Shown piece by piece: positions 10,220-20,470 of a stretch of 64,000 bases of DNA. Source of the DNA: Bacteroidota bacterium (GTDB lineage: Bacteria; Bacteroidota; Bacteroidia; UKL13-3); NCBI GenBank assembly GCA_027488905.1, contig JAIYAT010000010.1:21061-85060 (forward strand), given 5' to 3'. The translations under genes were made by a program, and so were the position numbers. The notes under the pieces are model-generated. The model did not search any database and was not told the DNA's origin. It saw only the letters and a program-made list of their open reading frames with translations. Position 1 is the stretch's first letter. Each line of letters starts with the position of its first letter.

Positions 10220-10957
10220 TTACTTAACTTTTTTGTAGGTTTTGAACCAAGATTTTACCTTCATGGTAAAAACGCCAAAAATAGCCTCCTTGATAATGCC
10301 TTTGCTAATTTTAGATTCTCCTTTGGTGCGATCTGTAAAGATGATTGGAACCTCTTCAATGTTGAAACCATGTTTCGAGGCAGTGAATTTCATTTCAATT
10401 TGAAAGGCATAGCCTCTAAATTTAATTTCATCCAAATTTATGTGCTGCAATACATTTCTGCGATACCCAACAAAGCCAGCAGTGGTGTCTCTAATGGTTA
10501 AACCTGTGATATACCTAACGTAGGCAGAGGCATAATAGCTCATCATCACACGCTCCATAGGCCAATTAACCACGTTTACTCCGGTTTTGTAACGAGAGCC
10601 AATAGCAACATCTGCACCCTCAAATAAACATTCAAATAAACGAGGTAGGTCATTAGGATTATGTGAAAAGTCGGCATCCATTTCAAATATAAATTCATAA
10701 TTGTTGCGCAGACACCATTTGAATCCATCTATGTAAGCAGTGCCTAAACCGTTTTTTTCTTTTCTCTCTAATAAATGGAGATTATGCCTAAACTCATGAG
10801 CAAGTAAGTTTTTAATAATATTTGCTGTGCCATCTGGTGAGTTATCATCAACTACAAGTACATCAAAACTTTGGTGCAAAGAAAAAACAGCACGAATAAT
10901 GTCTTCGATGTTTTCGCTTTCGTTATAAGTAGGAATTATGACAATCTTTTTTGACAA
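10220..10957 (-). CDS. Polyprenol monophosphomannose synthase (GT2)
   Basis: IIPTYNE, VDDNSPDGT, GLGTAY, EMDADFSH, GYAFQIEMK; TTG start. Confidence 0.9.
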   Translation of the reverse strand: MSKKIVIIPTYNESENIEDIIRAVFSLHQSFDVLVVDDNSPDGTANIIKNLLAHEFRHNLHLLERKEKNGLGTAYIDGFKWCLRNNYEFIFEMDADFSHNPNDLPRLFECLFEGADVAIGSRYKTGVNVVNWPMERVMMSYYASAYVRYITGLTIRDTTAGFVGYRRNVLQHINLDEIKFRGYAFQIEMKFTASKHGFNIEEVPIIFTDRTKGESKISKGIIKEAIFGVFTMKVKSWFKTYKKVK

Positions 10958-11073
10958 GGAGGAAATGGTTTAATGATTATGGTTTTGGGCAAAAATAGGA
11001 GAATATGTGTTTATTTATGTTCATAAATTAATTTAAAAACTATTTTTGGAAAAACTACAATCTATCAAATCCT

Positions 11074-11580
11074 ATGAATAAGCAAACTAAGGCAGTTTTC
11101 CTCGACCGTGATGGTGTTATTAACTATGAAGTAGGTGATTATATTATGCGTTTGGAAGATTTTAAGATTTTGCCTCATGTTATCACAGGCCTTAAGAAAC
11201 TTCAAGAATTAGGATTTTTGCTTATTGTGGTTACCAATCAGGGAGGGATAGCAAAAGGCTTGTACACGCACCAAACCTTTCAAAGTATGCATGATTACTT
11301 GGATAAAGAACTCGAAAAACATCAAATTAAGATTACAGAAGTATATTATTGTCCACATCATCCTTTCTCCAGCGAATGTCTGTGTCGCAAACCAGGTTCT
11401 ATATTGGTTGAAAAGGCAATCGCCAAATATGGTATCGACCCTAGTTTGAGTTGGTTCATTGGCGACAAACAACGTGATATGGATGCTGGTGCCGCTGCAG
11501 GGGTAAAAGGAATATTAATTGAACCAAATGAGGATTGGACTAGCTATATCAATCAATTTAATACAAGTGCTAAACAGTAA
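11074..11580 (+). CDS. gmhB: D-glycero-D-manno-heptose-1,7-bisphosphate 7-phosphatase (HAD IIIA)
   Basis: FLDRDGVIN, VTNQGGI, CPHHP..CLCRKP, IGDK..D. Confidence 0.85.
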   Translation: MNKQTKAVFLDRDGVINYEVGDYIMRLEDFKILPHVITGLKKLQELGFLLIVVTNQGGIAKGLYTHQTFQSMHDYLDKELEKHQIKITEVYYCPHHPFSSECLCRKPGSILVEKAIAKYGIDPSLSWFIGDKQRDMDAGAAAGVKGILIEPNEDWTSYINQFNTSAKQ

Positions 11581-11585
11581 TTAAC

Positions 11586-12962
11586 ATGAGTAATAAGAAA
11601 TTAAATCTCCTCGATAGTTCCATGTTAGTCATGGGCTCCATGATTGGCTCTGGAATTTTTATCGTGTCTGCCGGAATGGGCAGAGACCTAGGAAACCCAG
11701 AAAACCTGCTTTTAGCATGGATTGTAACGGGTTTGCTAACTTTGTTTGCTGCCCTTAGCTATGCAGAACTTGGAGCAATGATGCCAAAAGCTGGTGGGCA
11801 ATATGTTTACCTTAAAGAGGCATATGGAAAGCTCTTTGGATTTTTGTACGGTTGGACACTTTTTACCGTAATTCAAACTGGTACCATTGCTGCCGTGGCC
11901 GTGGCTTTTGCTAGATTTACAGGAGTTTTGTTGCCCTGGTTTTCAGAGAAAAATATGTTAATTGGCAAAAGTAGTTTTGGGGTAAGCGCCGTGCAATTAT
12001 TAGGAATTGTGGTGGTTTGGCTACTCACTTTTAGCAACTTTAGGGCCGTAAAGGATAGCGCATTGGTTCAAAACATTTTTACCATTAGCAAAATTGCTGC
12101 CTTGGTTTTTGTAATTATTGCTGGCGTCTTTTTCATTTTTGCCCATCCAGAAGGAATTTATCAATTTAAGTGGGAACAGGTATGGAAAATTCCAACCACA
12201 GATGGCTTGATGCACAACCTAAGCTTTGGTGTGTTTGCTGCCGCTTTGGTGGGTTCCATATTTAGCAGTGATGCTTGGAATAACATTACTTTTACCAGCA
12301 GCGAGATTGAAAACCCTCAGAAGAATTTACCAAAAGCACTTTTAATTGGTACAGGTGGAGTTACCATTTTATACCTTTTTAGCAATTGGGTTTTTATCAA
12401 TGCCATTCCTTTCGAGAGCATTCAAAATGCGCCTTCTGATAGGGTTGGAACACTATTAATGAAAACTGTTTTTGGCAATATTGGCGAAATTTTAATGGCC
12501 TTGCTCATCATGGTTTCTACCTTTGGTTGTATAAATGGGTTAACCTTAAGTGGCTCCAGAGTTTATTATGCCATGTCTAAAGATGGCTTGTTTTTTAAGG
12601 CTGCCCAAAAACTCAACAAAAATGAAGCCCCTCAACAAGCTTTGATTTTTCAAGCTATTTGGACAAGCTTGCTCACCTTAAGCGGTTCCTATGGCGATTT
12701 ATTAGACTATGTGGTGTTCGCTGTTTTATTGTTTTATATTTTAACTGTATTTGCCTTATTCTTATTTAGGTTCAAAAAGCCAAATGAAGAAAGACCTTAT
12801 AAAGTTTGGGGCTATCCTTTTGTGCCAGCGATTTATATTTTATTGGCAAGTGCCATTTGTATTAGTTTGTTAATCTATAAACCTAATTATACTTATCCTG
12901 GTTTGGGAATTGTATTGTTAGGTGTGCCAGTTTATTATTTGTTTGCACGCAAAGGCTCATGA
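11586..12962 (+). CDS. APC family amino acid permease
   Basis: GSMIGSGIF, ELGAMMPKAGGQYVYL, ~12 TM helices, RPYKVWGYP. Confidence 0.93.
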   Translation: MSNKKLNLLDSSMLVMGSMIGSGIFIVSAGMGRDLGNPENLLLAWIVTGLLTLFAALSYAELGAMMPKAGGQYVYLKEAYGKLFGFLYGWTLFTVIQTGTIAAVAVAFARFTGVLLPWFSEKNMLIGKSSFGVSAVQLLGIVVVWLLTFSNFRAVKDSALVQNIFTISKIAALVFVIIAGVFFIFAHPEGIYQFKWEQVWKIPTTDGLMHNLSFGVFAAALVGSIFSSDAWNNITFTSSEIENPQKNLPKALLIGTGGVTILYLFSNWVFINAIPFESIQNAPSDRVGTLLMKTVFGNIGEILMALLIMVSTFGCINGLTLSGSRVYYAMSKDGLFFKAAQKLNKNEAPQQALIFQAIWTSLLTLSGSYGDLLDYVVFAVLLFYILTVFALFLFRFKKPNEERPYKVWGYPFVPAIYILLASAICISLLIYKPNYTYPGLGIVLLGVPVYYLFARKGS

Positions 12963-14047
12963 GAATTGGGCTGTTCACATTTTTCTTTTTTTTCGGTTTG
13001 AACCAAATCTTTTCGCAAACAAAACAAGTTGCATGGAGCATTGGCTTTCAACCGCAGCGGTCATTCGTTTATGCCCACACGCCTAAATTGATTCAATTTA
13101 AAGGCTCTGGCGGGTATGGGTTTCAACTGGATTTAAATAGATTGCGATTAGATTCTTTAGCCTTACAATTTGCTCATGTGCGTTTCAACAGTGGGTTTGG
13201 ATTTCAATACCTAAACTTTGAAAACGCTAGCCTAGGTTCAGCCTTTAACTTTTCCTATTTTTTAGAACCTATTTTGTGGGAAAATCAAACGCTGCAATTG
13301 CGCTTGCGTGCGGCTGGTGGCTTAAATTTAGCAAGCAAACCTTTCGATGAATTCAATAATCCTACAAATCCAGCTTATAGTTCTTTTGTCAATGGTTATT
13401 TGGGTTTGGGAATAAGTGCTTATGTTAAAATAAATGCTGCCACATGGCTTTTTGCAAATGGTACTTATAGCCATTTTTCTAACGGAAATACCTACAATCC
13501 AAATTATGGACTTAATTATCCGCATATTGGTTTGGGTGTAGATTATAAATTCAAAGAAACACAAAAGCCCATTGGTAAAACACTATTTCAAAAAGAGAAA
13601 TGGCGATTTGATATGGGCGTTTTTGGGACTAATAAATCGCTGCCGTATTTTAGAAAGATTCGATTTTGGGCATATGGCGCCTCGGTTCAAGCCAGCTATA
13701 GAACAGGTCCTATTAATGCATGGACTTTGGCCTTGGAAGGTTTTAGAGACCATAGCATGAGAATGGCCGTTGACAGCAACTCGTTAAATCCCAATAAGGA
13801 TGTAAGTATTAGTTTGGCTGGAGCAATGGTTGGACATGAATTTGTCTTCAACCGTTGTGTTTTTTCACAACAATTGGGGATGTATTTGTTTAATGAATTA
13901 CCCCCTGATTTAGTAGGAAAGTTTTACCACCGTTGGGGTTTTAATTATAAACTTAACAAACAGTTTATGGTTGGTTTGAACCTAAATGCCAATTTGCAGA
14001 AAGCTTTTTTATTTGATGCGAGGGTAATCTATAGTTTATATAAGTAA
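12959..14047 (+). CDS. Outer-membrane beta-barrel, acyloxyacyl hydrolase/PagL-like
   Basis: Signal peptide, HFSNG...PNYGLN motif, alternating beta-strand pattern. Confidence 0.7.
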   Translation: MRIGLFTFFFFFGLNQIFSQTKQVAWSIGFQPQRSFVYAHTPKLIQFKGSGGYGFQLDLNRLRLDSLALQFAHVRFNSGFGFQYLNFENASLGSAFNFSYFLEPILWENQTLQLRLRAAGGLNLASKPFDEFNNPTNPAYSSFVNGYLGLGISAYVKINAATWLFANGTYSHFSNGNTYNPNYGLNYPHIGLGVDYKFKETQKPIGKTLFQKEKWRFDMGVFGTNKSLPYFRKIRFWAYGASVQASYRTGPINAWTLALEGFRDHSMRMAVDSNSLNPNKDVSISLAGAMVGHEFVFNRCVFSQQLGMYLFNELPPDLVGKFYHRWGFNYKLNKQFMVGLNLNANLQKAFLFDARVIYSLYK

Positions 14048-14075
14048 AACAAAAAGGTTGTATCCTTGTGAAAAT

Positions 14076-14639
14076 ATGCAACTAGAAGAAAAGCAAAAAT
14101 TGGTTAAGCAATGGATAGAAGCTTATACTTCGAAACTCTTGCAATGGGCTAGAACAAAAAGTGGTGACGATGAATTAGCCAAGGACTTGGTTCAAGATAC
14201 TTTTATAGTTGCTTTTGAAAGTTATGAAAAGTTTAAAGGGCAAAGCACGGTGCTCACCTGGCTTTATGGCATCTTAAATAATAAACTTAAAGACCACTAT
14301 ACACGGTCAAAGAAAGTATTAATTCAACCTTTACTGGCGGAGAAATTTACTGAGGATATGTTTGAGGAAAATGGACATTGGAAAGCTGGTGCATTAGATA
14401 TTTCTTGGCATGAGAACACCGAGATTTTAGATAATCCAGCCTTTTTAAAAGTATTCAAACTTTGCCTATCAAATTTACCTCAACAGTGGCAAGATGCCTT
14501 GTTACAAAAATTTATCACTGGTACCGATGCAAAAGAAATTTGTCAGGATTTGGGTATTTCAATTACTAACTACTGGCAAATTATACACCGAGCAAAATTA
14601 ATGATGCGGGCTTGCCTTGGGAAAAATTGGAAAGAATAG
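14076..14639 (+). CDS. ECF sigma-70 factor
   Basis: AKDLVQDTF, TWLYGILNNK (region 2); EICQDLGISITNYWQIIHRAK (region 4). Confidence 0.92.
   Translation: MQLEEKQKLVKQWIEAYTSKLLQWARTKSGDDELAKDLVQDTFIVAFESYEKFKGQSTVLTWLYGILNNKLKDHYTRSKKVLIQPLLAEKFTEDMFEENGHWKAGALDISWHENTEILDNPAFLKVFKLCLSNLPQQWQDALLQKFITGTDAKEICQDLGISITNYWQIIHRAKLMMRACLGKNWKE
14541..14569 (+). promoter_or_regulatory. Putative ECF promoter inside the sigma gene, upstream of the anti-sigma gene
   Basis: TGTCAGGAT-N15-ACTAA; same motif and spacing recur at 14952. Confidence 0.5.
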
Positions 14640-14641
14640 AT

Positions 14642-14884
14642 ATGGGAATACATTTAAATTGTAAAGAAGCTACTTTATTGGTTGAAAAACGACAAGATGA
14701 AAGAATAGGAATGGTTTCTTCTTTAAAATTAAACTTCCATTTTTACATTTGTAAGGCATGCAGTGCTTATGATAAACAAAGCACAATTATTTCTCAATTA
14801 TTGAAACGTGGATTTGAATCAAATGCAAATTCCACTGACGACGAGGCGCTAAAAGCACAGATAAAATCTAAACTTGATTTATAG
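14642..14884 (+). CDS. Zinc-binding anti-sigma factor (zf-HC2-like)
   Basis: CKEAT...HFYICKAC (HxxxCxxC) directly downstream of the ECF sigma. Confidence 0.8.
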   Translation: MGIHLNCKEATLLVEKRQDERIGMVSSLKLNFHFYICKACSAYDKQSTIISQLLKRGFESNANSTDDEALKAQIKSKLDL

Positions 14885-14951
14885 CAAACATTAGGTTGAA
14901 TTGCTATTAACTAGTGTTTTAGCTTTTTTTCGAAAAGTTTTTTTAAATCAT

Positions 14952-14980
14952 TGTCAGGATAGCCAGAAAATAAGCACTCA
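14952..14980 (+). promoter_or_regulatory. Putative ECF promoter of the YHS operon
   Basis: TGTCAGGAT-N15-ACTCA ending 17 bp before ATG 14998. Confidence 0.55.
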
Positions 14981-14997
14981 TGTTAAAATACAATAAC

Positions 14998-15468
14998 ATG
15001 AAATATTTATTTTCTCTGATTACTTTAATTTGTTTATATGGGAGTCTAAAAGCTCAAACCACGCTGGCAGAGCGAAAAGCAATTTTTAACATCGATAAAT
15101 ATGGCGTTGCCATTCAGGGGTACGACCCTGTCAGCTATTTTGAAGGGAAAGCACAAAAGGGTTCTTCTTCTATTTACCATTTTCATAAAGGTATCAGATA
15201 TGAATTTGTTTCAGAAAAGCACAAGGAAACCTTTAAGGCAAGTCCAGATAAATATGAACCTCAATACGGCGGTTGGTGCGCTTATGCCATGGGTGCAAAT
15301 GGCGAGAAAGTAGAGATTGACCCAACAAAATTTAAAGTTTTAGACGGAAAGCTTTACCTGTTTTATTACAGCATTATCAATAATACCTTAAACAAATGGA
15401 ATTTAGACGAGGCCTCTTTGAAGGCTAAAGCAGATATCAATTGGAAAAAATTAAATCAAAGCAAATGA
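14998..15468 (+). CDS. YHS domain-containing exported protein
   Basis: AIQGYDPVSYF, PDKYEPQYGGWCAYAM, DGKLYLFY. Confidence 0.88.
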   Translation: MKYLFSLITLICLYGSLKAQTTLAERKAIFNIDKYGVAIQGYDPVSYFEGKAQKGSSSIYHFHKGIRYEFVSEKHKETFKASPDKYEPQYGGWCAYAMGANGEKVEIDPTKFKVLDGKLYLFYYSIINNTLNKWNLDEASLKAKADINWKKLNQSK

Positions 15469-16451
15469 AAAGAATAATTTTAATGGTTTTGGTTCTAGGA
15501 ACCATCCAAATGGCCAATGCGCAAGTAACAAGGAAAATTGTTGTAGAACATTTTACAAACACCTTTTGTAGCGTTTGTGCAAGCAGAAACCCTGGTTTTT
15601 TCACAAACTTGGAAACACAAAAAGATGTTTTGCAATTGTCAATACATCCAAGTTCACCTTATAGTCAGTGTTATTTTAACAAACAAAACAAGGCTGAAAA
15701 TGATGCAAGAACAAATTACCATGGGGTGTATGGCTCAACACCAAGATTGGTAATAAATGGCGTGGTTTTAAACTCCTCAACAAACTATAGCAGCTCGGCA
15801 ATTTTTGATGCCTATAAATCACAAACCAGTGATTTTTCAATTACTGTAAAAGGTAAATATGTTGGCGATTCTGTTGAAGTTGAAACAGTTGTAAAAGCTG
15901 TTGTGAACAATACGCTAGGAAACGCTAATTTATTTGTAGCCTTGGCCAATGCAAGGGTAAATTATGCTGCTGGAAATGGTGAACAATTGCACCATAATGT
16001 GTTTAGAAAAAGTATTTATAACACAGGTGGTTTAGCTATTACTTTGCCTGCTAAAGCTGGTGATTCGCTGGTGTTAATTTCTAAAGTTAAGAAGGAGGCT
16101 ATTTGGGGTACAAATGACTTATTTGCGCTAGCAATTTTAAACAACGCTGCAAACAAAAATCTCATCCAAGCTGAACAATCTGCTACCATTTCTTTGGCAA
16201 GCGGACTAGAAGTTATCAGTGCATCAAGTTTTAAGTTATTTCCAAATCCAGTGCAAGACTTTTTGCAGTTTGAACATGAACAATACCAATGGCAGCAGTA
16301 TAAAGTGTATACCATACAAGGAAGTTTGGTGTATTCGGGCAAATTAGATTCACAAGTTGGCCTTACAGTTTCTGGTTTGAACCAAGGGATTTACCTTCTT
16401 GAGTTATCAAATGAGCAATATATTTTTAAAGGAAAATTTATTAAACAATAA
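15465..16451 (+). CDS. Omp28-related thioredoxin-fold protein with T9SS C-terminal sorting domain
   Basis: VVEHFTNTFCSVC (CxxC), HHNVFRK; C-terminal LFPNPV...GIYLLEL...KFIKQ. Confidence 0.8.
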   Translation: MKRIILMVLVLGTIQMANAQVTRKIVVEHFTNTFCSVCASRNPGFFTNLETQKDVLQLSIHPSSPYSQCYFNKQNKAENDARTNYHGVYGSTPRLVINGVVLNSSTNYSSSAIFDAYKSQTSDFSITVKGKYVGDSVEVETVVKAVVNNTLGNANLFVALANARVNYAAGNGEQLHHNVFRKSIYNTGGLAITLPAKAGDSLVLISKVKKEAIWGTNDLFALAILNNAANKNLIQAEQSATISLASGLEVISASSFKLFPNPVQDFLQFEHEQYQWQQYKVYTIQGSLVYSGKLDSQVGLTVSGLNQGIYLLELSNEQYIFKGKFIKQ

Positions 16452-16456
16452 TCACT

Positions 16457-16843
16457 ATGAAAAACAAAATAGATCTAGTAGTAAGAATAGCAGTAGCTTT
16501 AATTTTAGTACAAACTTTATACTTTAAGTTTAGTGGCGCTGCTGAGTCGGTATATATTTTTAGCACTTTGGGAATTGAGCCTGTAGGTAGAATTGGTTCA
16601 GGAATTGCAGAATTAATTGCAGCCGTTTTACTCCTTATCCCCAATTTGGTATGGTTGGGTGCAGGCCTCGCATTAGGTGTTATTTCTGGTGCCATCCTGA
16701 GTCACTTAACTGTTTTGGGAATAGTTATTATGGATGATGGCGGTACCTTGTTTATTCTTGCGCTTTTAGTTTTCTTTGGTTCTGCATTCCTGCTTTGGAA
16801 AAGGAAAAAGCAAATTCCAATTATTGAAAAATTTTTTAAATGA
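16457..16843 (+). CDS. DoxX family membrane protein
   Basis: QTLYFKFSGA.ESVYIF, GRIGSGIAEL, GAILSHLTVLGI. Confidence 0.85.
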   Translation: MKNKIDLVVRIAVALILVQTLYFKFSGAAESVYIFSTLGIEPVGRIGSGIAELIAAVLLLIPNLVWLGAGLALGVISGAILSHLTVLGIVIMDDGGTLFILALLVFFGSAFLLWKRKKQIPIIEKFFK

Positions 16844-17574
16844 AAAGCATCAAATTAGTATTAATTTTTGGGTCAGCTATCTTGCCTTTTATGGCTTGCG
16901 GACAATATTTTACTAAAGGTAACCATGCAGACTTGAGCCTTTCAACTAATTTTTCTCAAAGTGCGATTGCAATTTCTACTTTCCATCTCCATCAATTGGG
17001 CAAAAGTAAAAAATTTAGATTGGGTTATGGTATTAGGTACACGGGTAACTTTGGTTCAAACAGTAATTTTATAACTGCGCCAGCTAAATTTACTTCTGGA
17101 AATACGGGTTTAGGTGTGATTTTCTCAGAAATTTTAGTTAATAATTTAGATACCCTTAGTTTTGCTAAACACCAAGTAAATAGCCTTAATTTAGCAGTGT
17201 ATTTAGGTCTTCAGGTTAGTAAGAAAATTGGTTTAGAGTTTAACATAGATGCTGTTGGGTTTTCTTTTGGTTCAAACCAAACTGCAGAGTACAATACTAG
17301 CAAACGTGCACAGTCTCCAAATAAAAATTCAAAGCAAGCAGCAAAAGTTACTGGTTTTAATGCTTTGCTTACAAGCGATAATGATTTAGGGAGTTTAAAT
17401 TCAGAATTACTCCTTCGTTACCAGATTTCAAATAAGTTGAAGCTTAAATTTGGTGCTACATTTGTTTTTACTGAATTTACAACTGATAATAAGCTGTTTC
17501 TGGATAATGATCGGTTCAGAAATAAGTCCTTACAACCCATGTTAGGATTGAGTTATTCATTTAATAATTATTAA
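16840..17574 (+). CDS. Hypothetical outer-membrane beta-barrel protein
   Basis: Signal peptide, amphipathic beta strands, terminal LGLSYSF; overlaps neighbour ATGA-style. Confidence 0.6.
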   Translation: MKSIKLVLIFGSAILPFMACGQYFTKGNHADLSLSTNFSQSAIAISTFHLHQLGKSKKFRLGYGIRYTGNFGSNSNFITAPAKFTSGNTGLGVIFSEILVNNLDTLSFAKHQVNSLNLAVYLGLQVSKKIGLEFNIDAVGFSFGSNQTAEYNTSKRAQSPNKNSKQAAKVTGFNALLTSDNDLGSLNSELLLRYQISNKLKLKFGATFVFTEFTTDNKLFLDNDRFRNKSLQPMLGLSYSFNNY

Positions 17575-17585
17575 GTAGCTTCTCC

Positions 17586-18695
17586 TTGCGCCATTGCCTA
17601 ATTACATACAGCTTAAAAAAAACACTTTTAGGATTTTTTATAATCTTGAATTTTACAGAATTATTAGCTAATGATGTTGATTCAACTTCCTCTAGGTTAA
17701 ACGCCTTCAAGATAATCCCATTGGTCTATTTTACCACCGAAACCAAAGTTATTGCAGAGTTGTTCAGCTACTTATCTTTTAAAATGGACAAACAAAGCAA
17801 TCTTTCTAATATTAGATTGTCGGCCAACTATACACAAGAAAAGCAATATTCTGTGCTATGCCCCTTTCAAATATTATTGGGGAAAAACAATTTTTTCATA
17901 AACGGAAAACTAGAATTCATACATTTTCCAGAATACTTTTATGGTATAGGAAATAACACCGTGGAAAGCAATAGATCTAAGTATTTATTCGACACTTTCC
18001 TCTTGCAAATTAAAGCGCTTAAACTTATTAAAAGGAAAAACTATTTCGGAATTAATTTAAGCAGGCAAGTCTTAAAAACAGCTTACAATGAAAATTTAGA
18101 ATTGTTCAAGGATTCGAAAAAAATCCATGGCATAGATGGTTTCAGTTACTTCAGTTTTGGCCCTTCATACATGTATGATTCAAGAGATGATTTAATAACA
18201 TCTCGAAAAGGTGTTTATTTTGAGGTCAATTTTACTTTGGCTAGAGGTATTAACACTAATCAAGGGTTGTTAAATTACACTAATTTCAATATTGATTTTA
18301 GAAAATTTGTTGATTTTAAAACAAAAGGTGTTTTGGCATTTCAAGGATTAACAGATCTTTCTTTTGGGAGCATACCATATAGGGCAATGCCCACTTTAGG
18401 AGGGCAAAAACTGTTACGTGGTTATTACTTTGGAAGATTTAGAGATAAACAACTCCTTCTATCAAACCTTGAGTATCGGTCACCACTATACAGAAGAATT
18501 GGTTTAGCGGCTTTTCTGGGAACAGGAAAAGTTGGCCCTAATCTTAAAGAGTTGGGAAGTAATCTATTTCATTTGTCTTTTGGTGCTGGACTTCGTTATC
18601 AAATTAGTAAAAAGGATAGGGCTACCATAAGGGCTGATTTTGCAAAAGGAAGAGACTCATACGGTATTTATTTATTTTTTGCAGAAGCCTTTTAA
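17586..18695 (+). CDS. BamA/TamA (Omp85) family beta-barrel protein
   Basis: YDSRD, LGG..LLRGYYFGRFRD, GAGLRY, terminal AEAF; start uncertain. Confidence 0.8.
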   Translation: MRHCLITYSLKKTLLGFFIILNFTELLANDVDSTSSRLNAFKIIPLVYFTTETKVIAELFSYLSFKMDKQSNLSNIRLSANYTQEKQYSVLCPFQILLGKNNFFINGKLEFIHFPEYFYGIGNNTVESNRSKYLFDTFLLQIKALKLIKRKNYFGINLSRQVLKTAYNENLELFKDSKKIHGIDGFSYFSFGPSYMYDSRDDLITSRKGVYFEVNFTLARGINTNQGLLNYTNFNIDFRKFVDFKTKGVLAFQGLTDLSFGSIPYRAMPTLGGQKLLRGYYFGRFRDKQLLLSNLEYRSPLYRRIGLAAFLGTGKVGPNLKELGSNLFHLSFGAGLRYQISKKDRATIRADFAKGRDSYGIYLFFAEAF

Positions 18696-18704
18696 AATTA
18701 TATC

Positions 18705-19241
18705 ATGAGCAAACAAAGAAATATTCTATTTATTATATTGTTAATTTCTTCAATAGGATTAAGTGGTCAAATACTAACTTCTATAGTTAAATCTGAGATC
18801 AAGTTTTCCATTCAGAATGCTGGCTTAACAGTAAATGGCAATTTAGGGCCAGCGTCTGGGTTGATTGTGTTAAATCCTGAAAAAATTGCAGCTTCCAACT
18901 TGGAGTTAAATGTTTCGGCTGCTAGCATTAATACTGGAATTTCAATGCGGGATACTCATCTCAAGAAAAAGGACTATTTTGATGTAGCTGCCTTTCCTAA
19001 TATTTTTTTGAAGTCTAAGTTTTTTGGAAAACAAGGAGATGTATTTAAAGGATATTTTTTACTTTCTTTGAAGGGTGTAACAAAAGATGTGACAATTCCA
19101 TTTACCTTATCAAAGGAAGGAGAATTAACAGTTGCTGAGGGTAGTTTTATGATAAATCGGTTAGATTATGGTGTTGGTTCAAAAAGTTTAGTTATGGGTA
19201 ATGAAGTAAGAATTTCAGTTAAAGTTTATTTAAATCTATGA
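18705..19241 (+). CDS. YceI family protein
   Basis: SINTGISMRDTHLKKKDYFDV..FP.I, L.LKGVTK, INRLDYGVG. Confidence 0.9.
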   Translation: MSKQRNILFIILLISSIGLSGQILTSIVKSEIKFSIQNAGLTVNGNLGPASGLIVLNPEKIAASNLELNVSAASINTGISMRDTHLKKKDYFDVAAFPNIFLKSKFFGKQGDVFKGYFLLSLKGVTKDVTIPFTLSKEGELTVAEGSFMINRLDYGVGSKSLVMGNEVRISVKVYLNL

Positions 19242-19771
19242 GTATAAAATTGCTTTGTAAAAGTTCAAACACTATCCTTAATCAACTTAACGATTTTGTA
19301 TCTCAGTTAGACAAGGAGGTTTATTGTAAAACGTTGCCACTATTAAGTGGAAATAGTCTTGGTAAACATATAAGGCATATCTTAGAATTGTATCAAGAAT
19401 TGTTTAATGGTTTACCAAAAGGTAAGATATCGTATGATGATCGGCAACGTGATATTTTAATAGAGCAGAACCCCAAAGTAGCGCTAGAATTAATTAGTGA
19501 ATTGCTTCAGAAAACGGGTGAGCTAAGCATTGAAATTGACTTAAATTTAGGGGTGGATTATGGTGATGAAGAAGTTATTGTTGGTTCAACCCTTAGCAGA
19601 GAACTAGCCTATAACATTGAACATGCCATACACCACATGGCTATCATCCAGATATGTGTTAAACATTCTTTTCCAGCTGTGCAACTTTCAGAAGATTTTG
19701 GGTTGGCATATTCTACTATTAAATATAACAAATCTAATGTGCACGCTAACCTATCTGCCACTAGCGAATAA
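19238..19771 (+). CDS. DinB family protein
   Basis: SLGKHIRHILE, YDDRQRD, REL.YNIEHAIHHMA. Confidence 0.85.
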   Translation: MSIKLLCKSSNTILNQLNDFVSQLDKEVYCKTLPLLSGNSLGKHIRHILELYQELFNGLPKGKISYDDRQRDILIEQNPKVALELISELLQKTGELSIEIDLNLGVDYGDEEVIVGSTLSRELAYNIEHAIHHMAIIQICVKHSFPAVQLSEDFGLAYSTIKYNKSNVHANLSATSE

Positions 19772-20459
19772 TTCCTTTTTGCTTACTTCTAACCGCGATG
19801 AAAAACTGCATCGCAGTCTCGCATTGCCGCCAAAGGTTTATGAGCATAATGGAAGATTATTGTTATATCCGAAGGACCCACAAGGAAATGGCTCTTGGCT
19901 TGCAGTTTCGCCAAATGGAAGTGTTGCCTGTTTATTAAATGGTGGATTTGCACTGCATACTCCAACGCCTCCCTATAAAATGAGCAGAGGTTTGGTTTTG
20001 TTAAGTGTATTTGATTATCCCAACATTCCTGATTTTGTAACTCAATCTAATTTCGACAATATTGAGCCTTTTACCTTAATTGTTTTTGCAGACCACGTGT
20101 TGCATGAAATCAGGTGGACTGGCACTGACGTTCAACACCAAATTAAAGATAAATACCAAGCCCATATTTGGTCGTCTGTAACCTTATACACCCCTGAGAT
20201 TATTAAACAAAGAGAGCAGTTCTATTTAGAATACCTAAATACCTTAACACCTGAAAATGCGGCCGATAGAATGATGGAATTTCATCAATTTAAAGGAGAT
20301 GCTCGCTTTCCACATGGCATTAGACTTGAAAGAGATAATGGTACAAAAACTGTTAGCATTAGCCAGATTTTGATGGAAGAAGAAGCGCTTAGCTTTAATT
20401 ATTACGACATGTTGCAAGACAAACATTTTATGCAAAGCATGCCTACTGTTTCTTTATAA
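19737..20459 (+). CDS. NRDE/TANGO2 family protein (Ntn-hydrolase-like)
   Basis: MCTLTY...SNRDE, GSWL, LLNG, SRGLV; start at MC (19737). Confidence 0.88.
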   Translation: MCTLTYLPLANNSFLLTSNRDEKLHRSLALPPKVYEHNGRLLLYPKDPQGNGSWLAVSPNGSVACLLNGGFALHTPTPPYKMSRGLVLLSVFDYPNIPDFVTQSNFDNIEPFTLIVFADHVLHEIRWTGTDVQHQIKDKYQAHIWSSVTLYTPEIIKQREQFYLEYLNTLTPENAADRMMEFHQFKGDARFPHGIRLERDNGTKTVSISQILMEEEALSFNYYDMLQDKHFMQSMPTVSL

Positions 20460-20470
20460 AGCTCATATAA

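Noticed and set aside
14998..15468. Selenoprotein recoding in the YHS protein
   Set aside because: The motif reads YGGWCAY with a normal Cys codon; there is no in-frame TGA.
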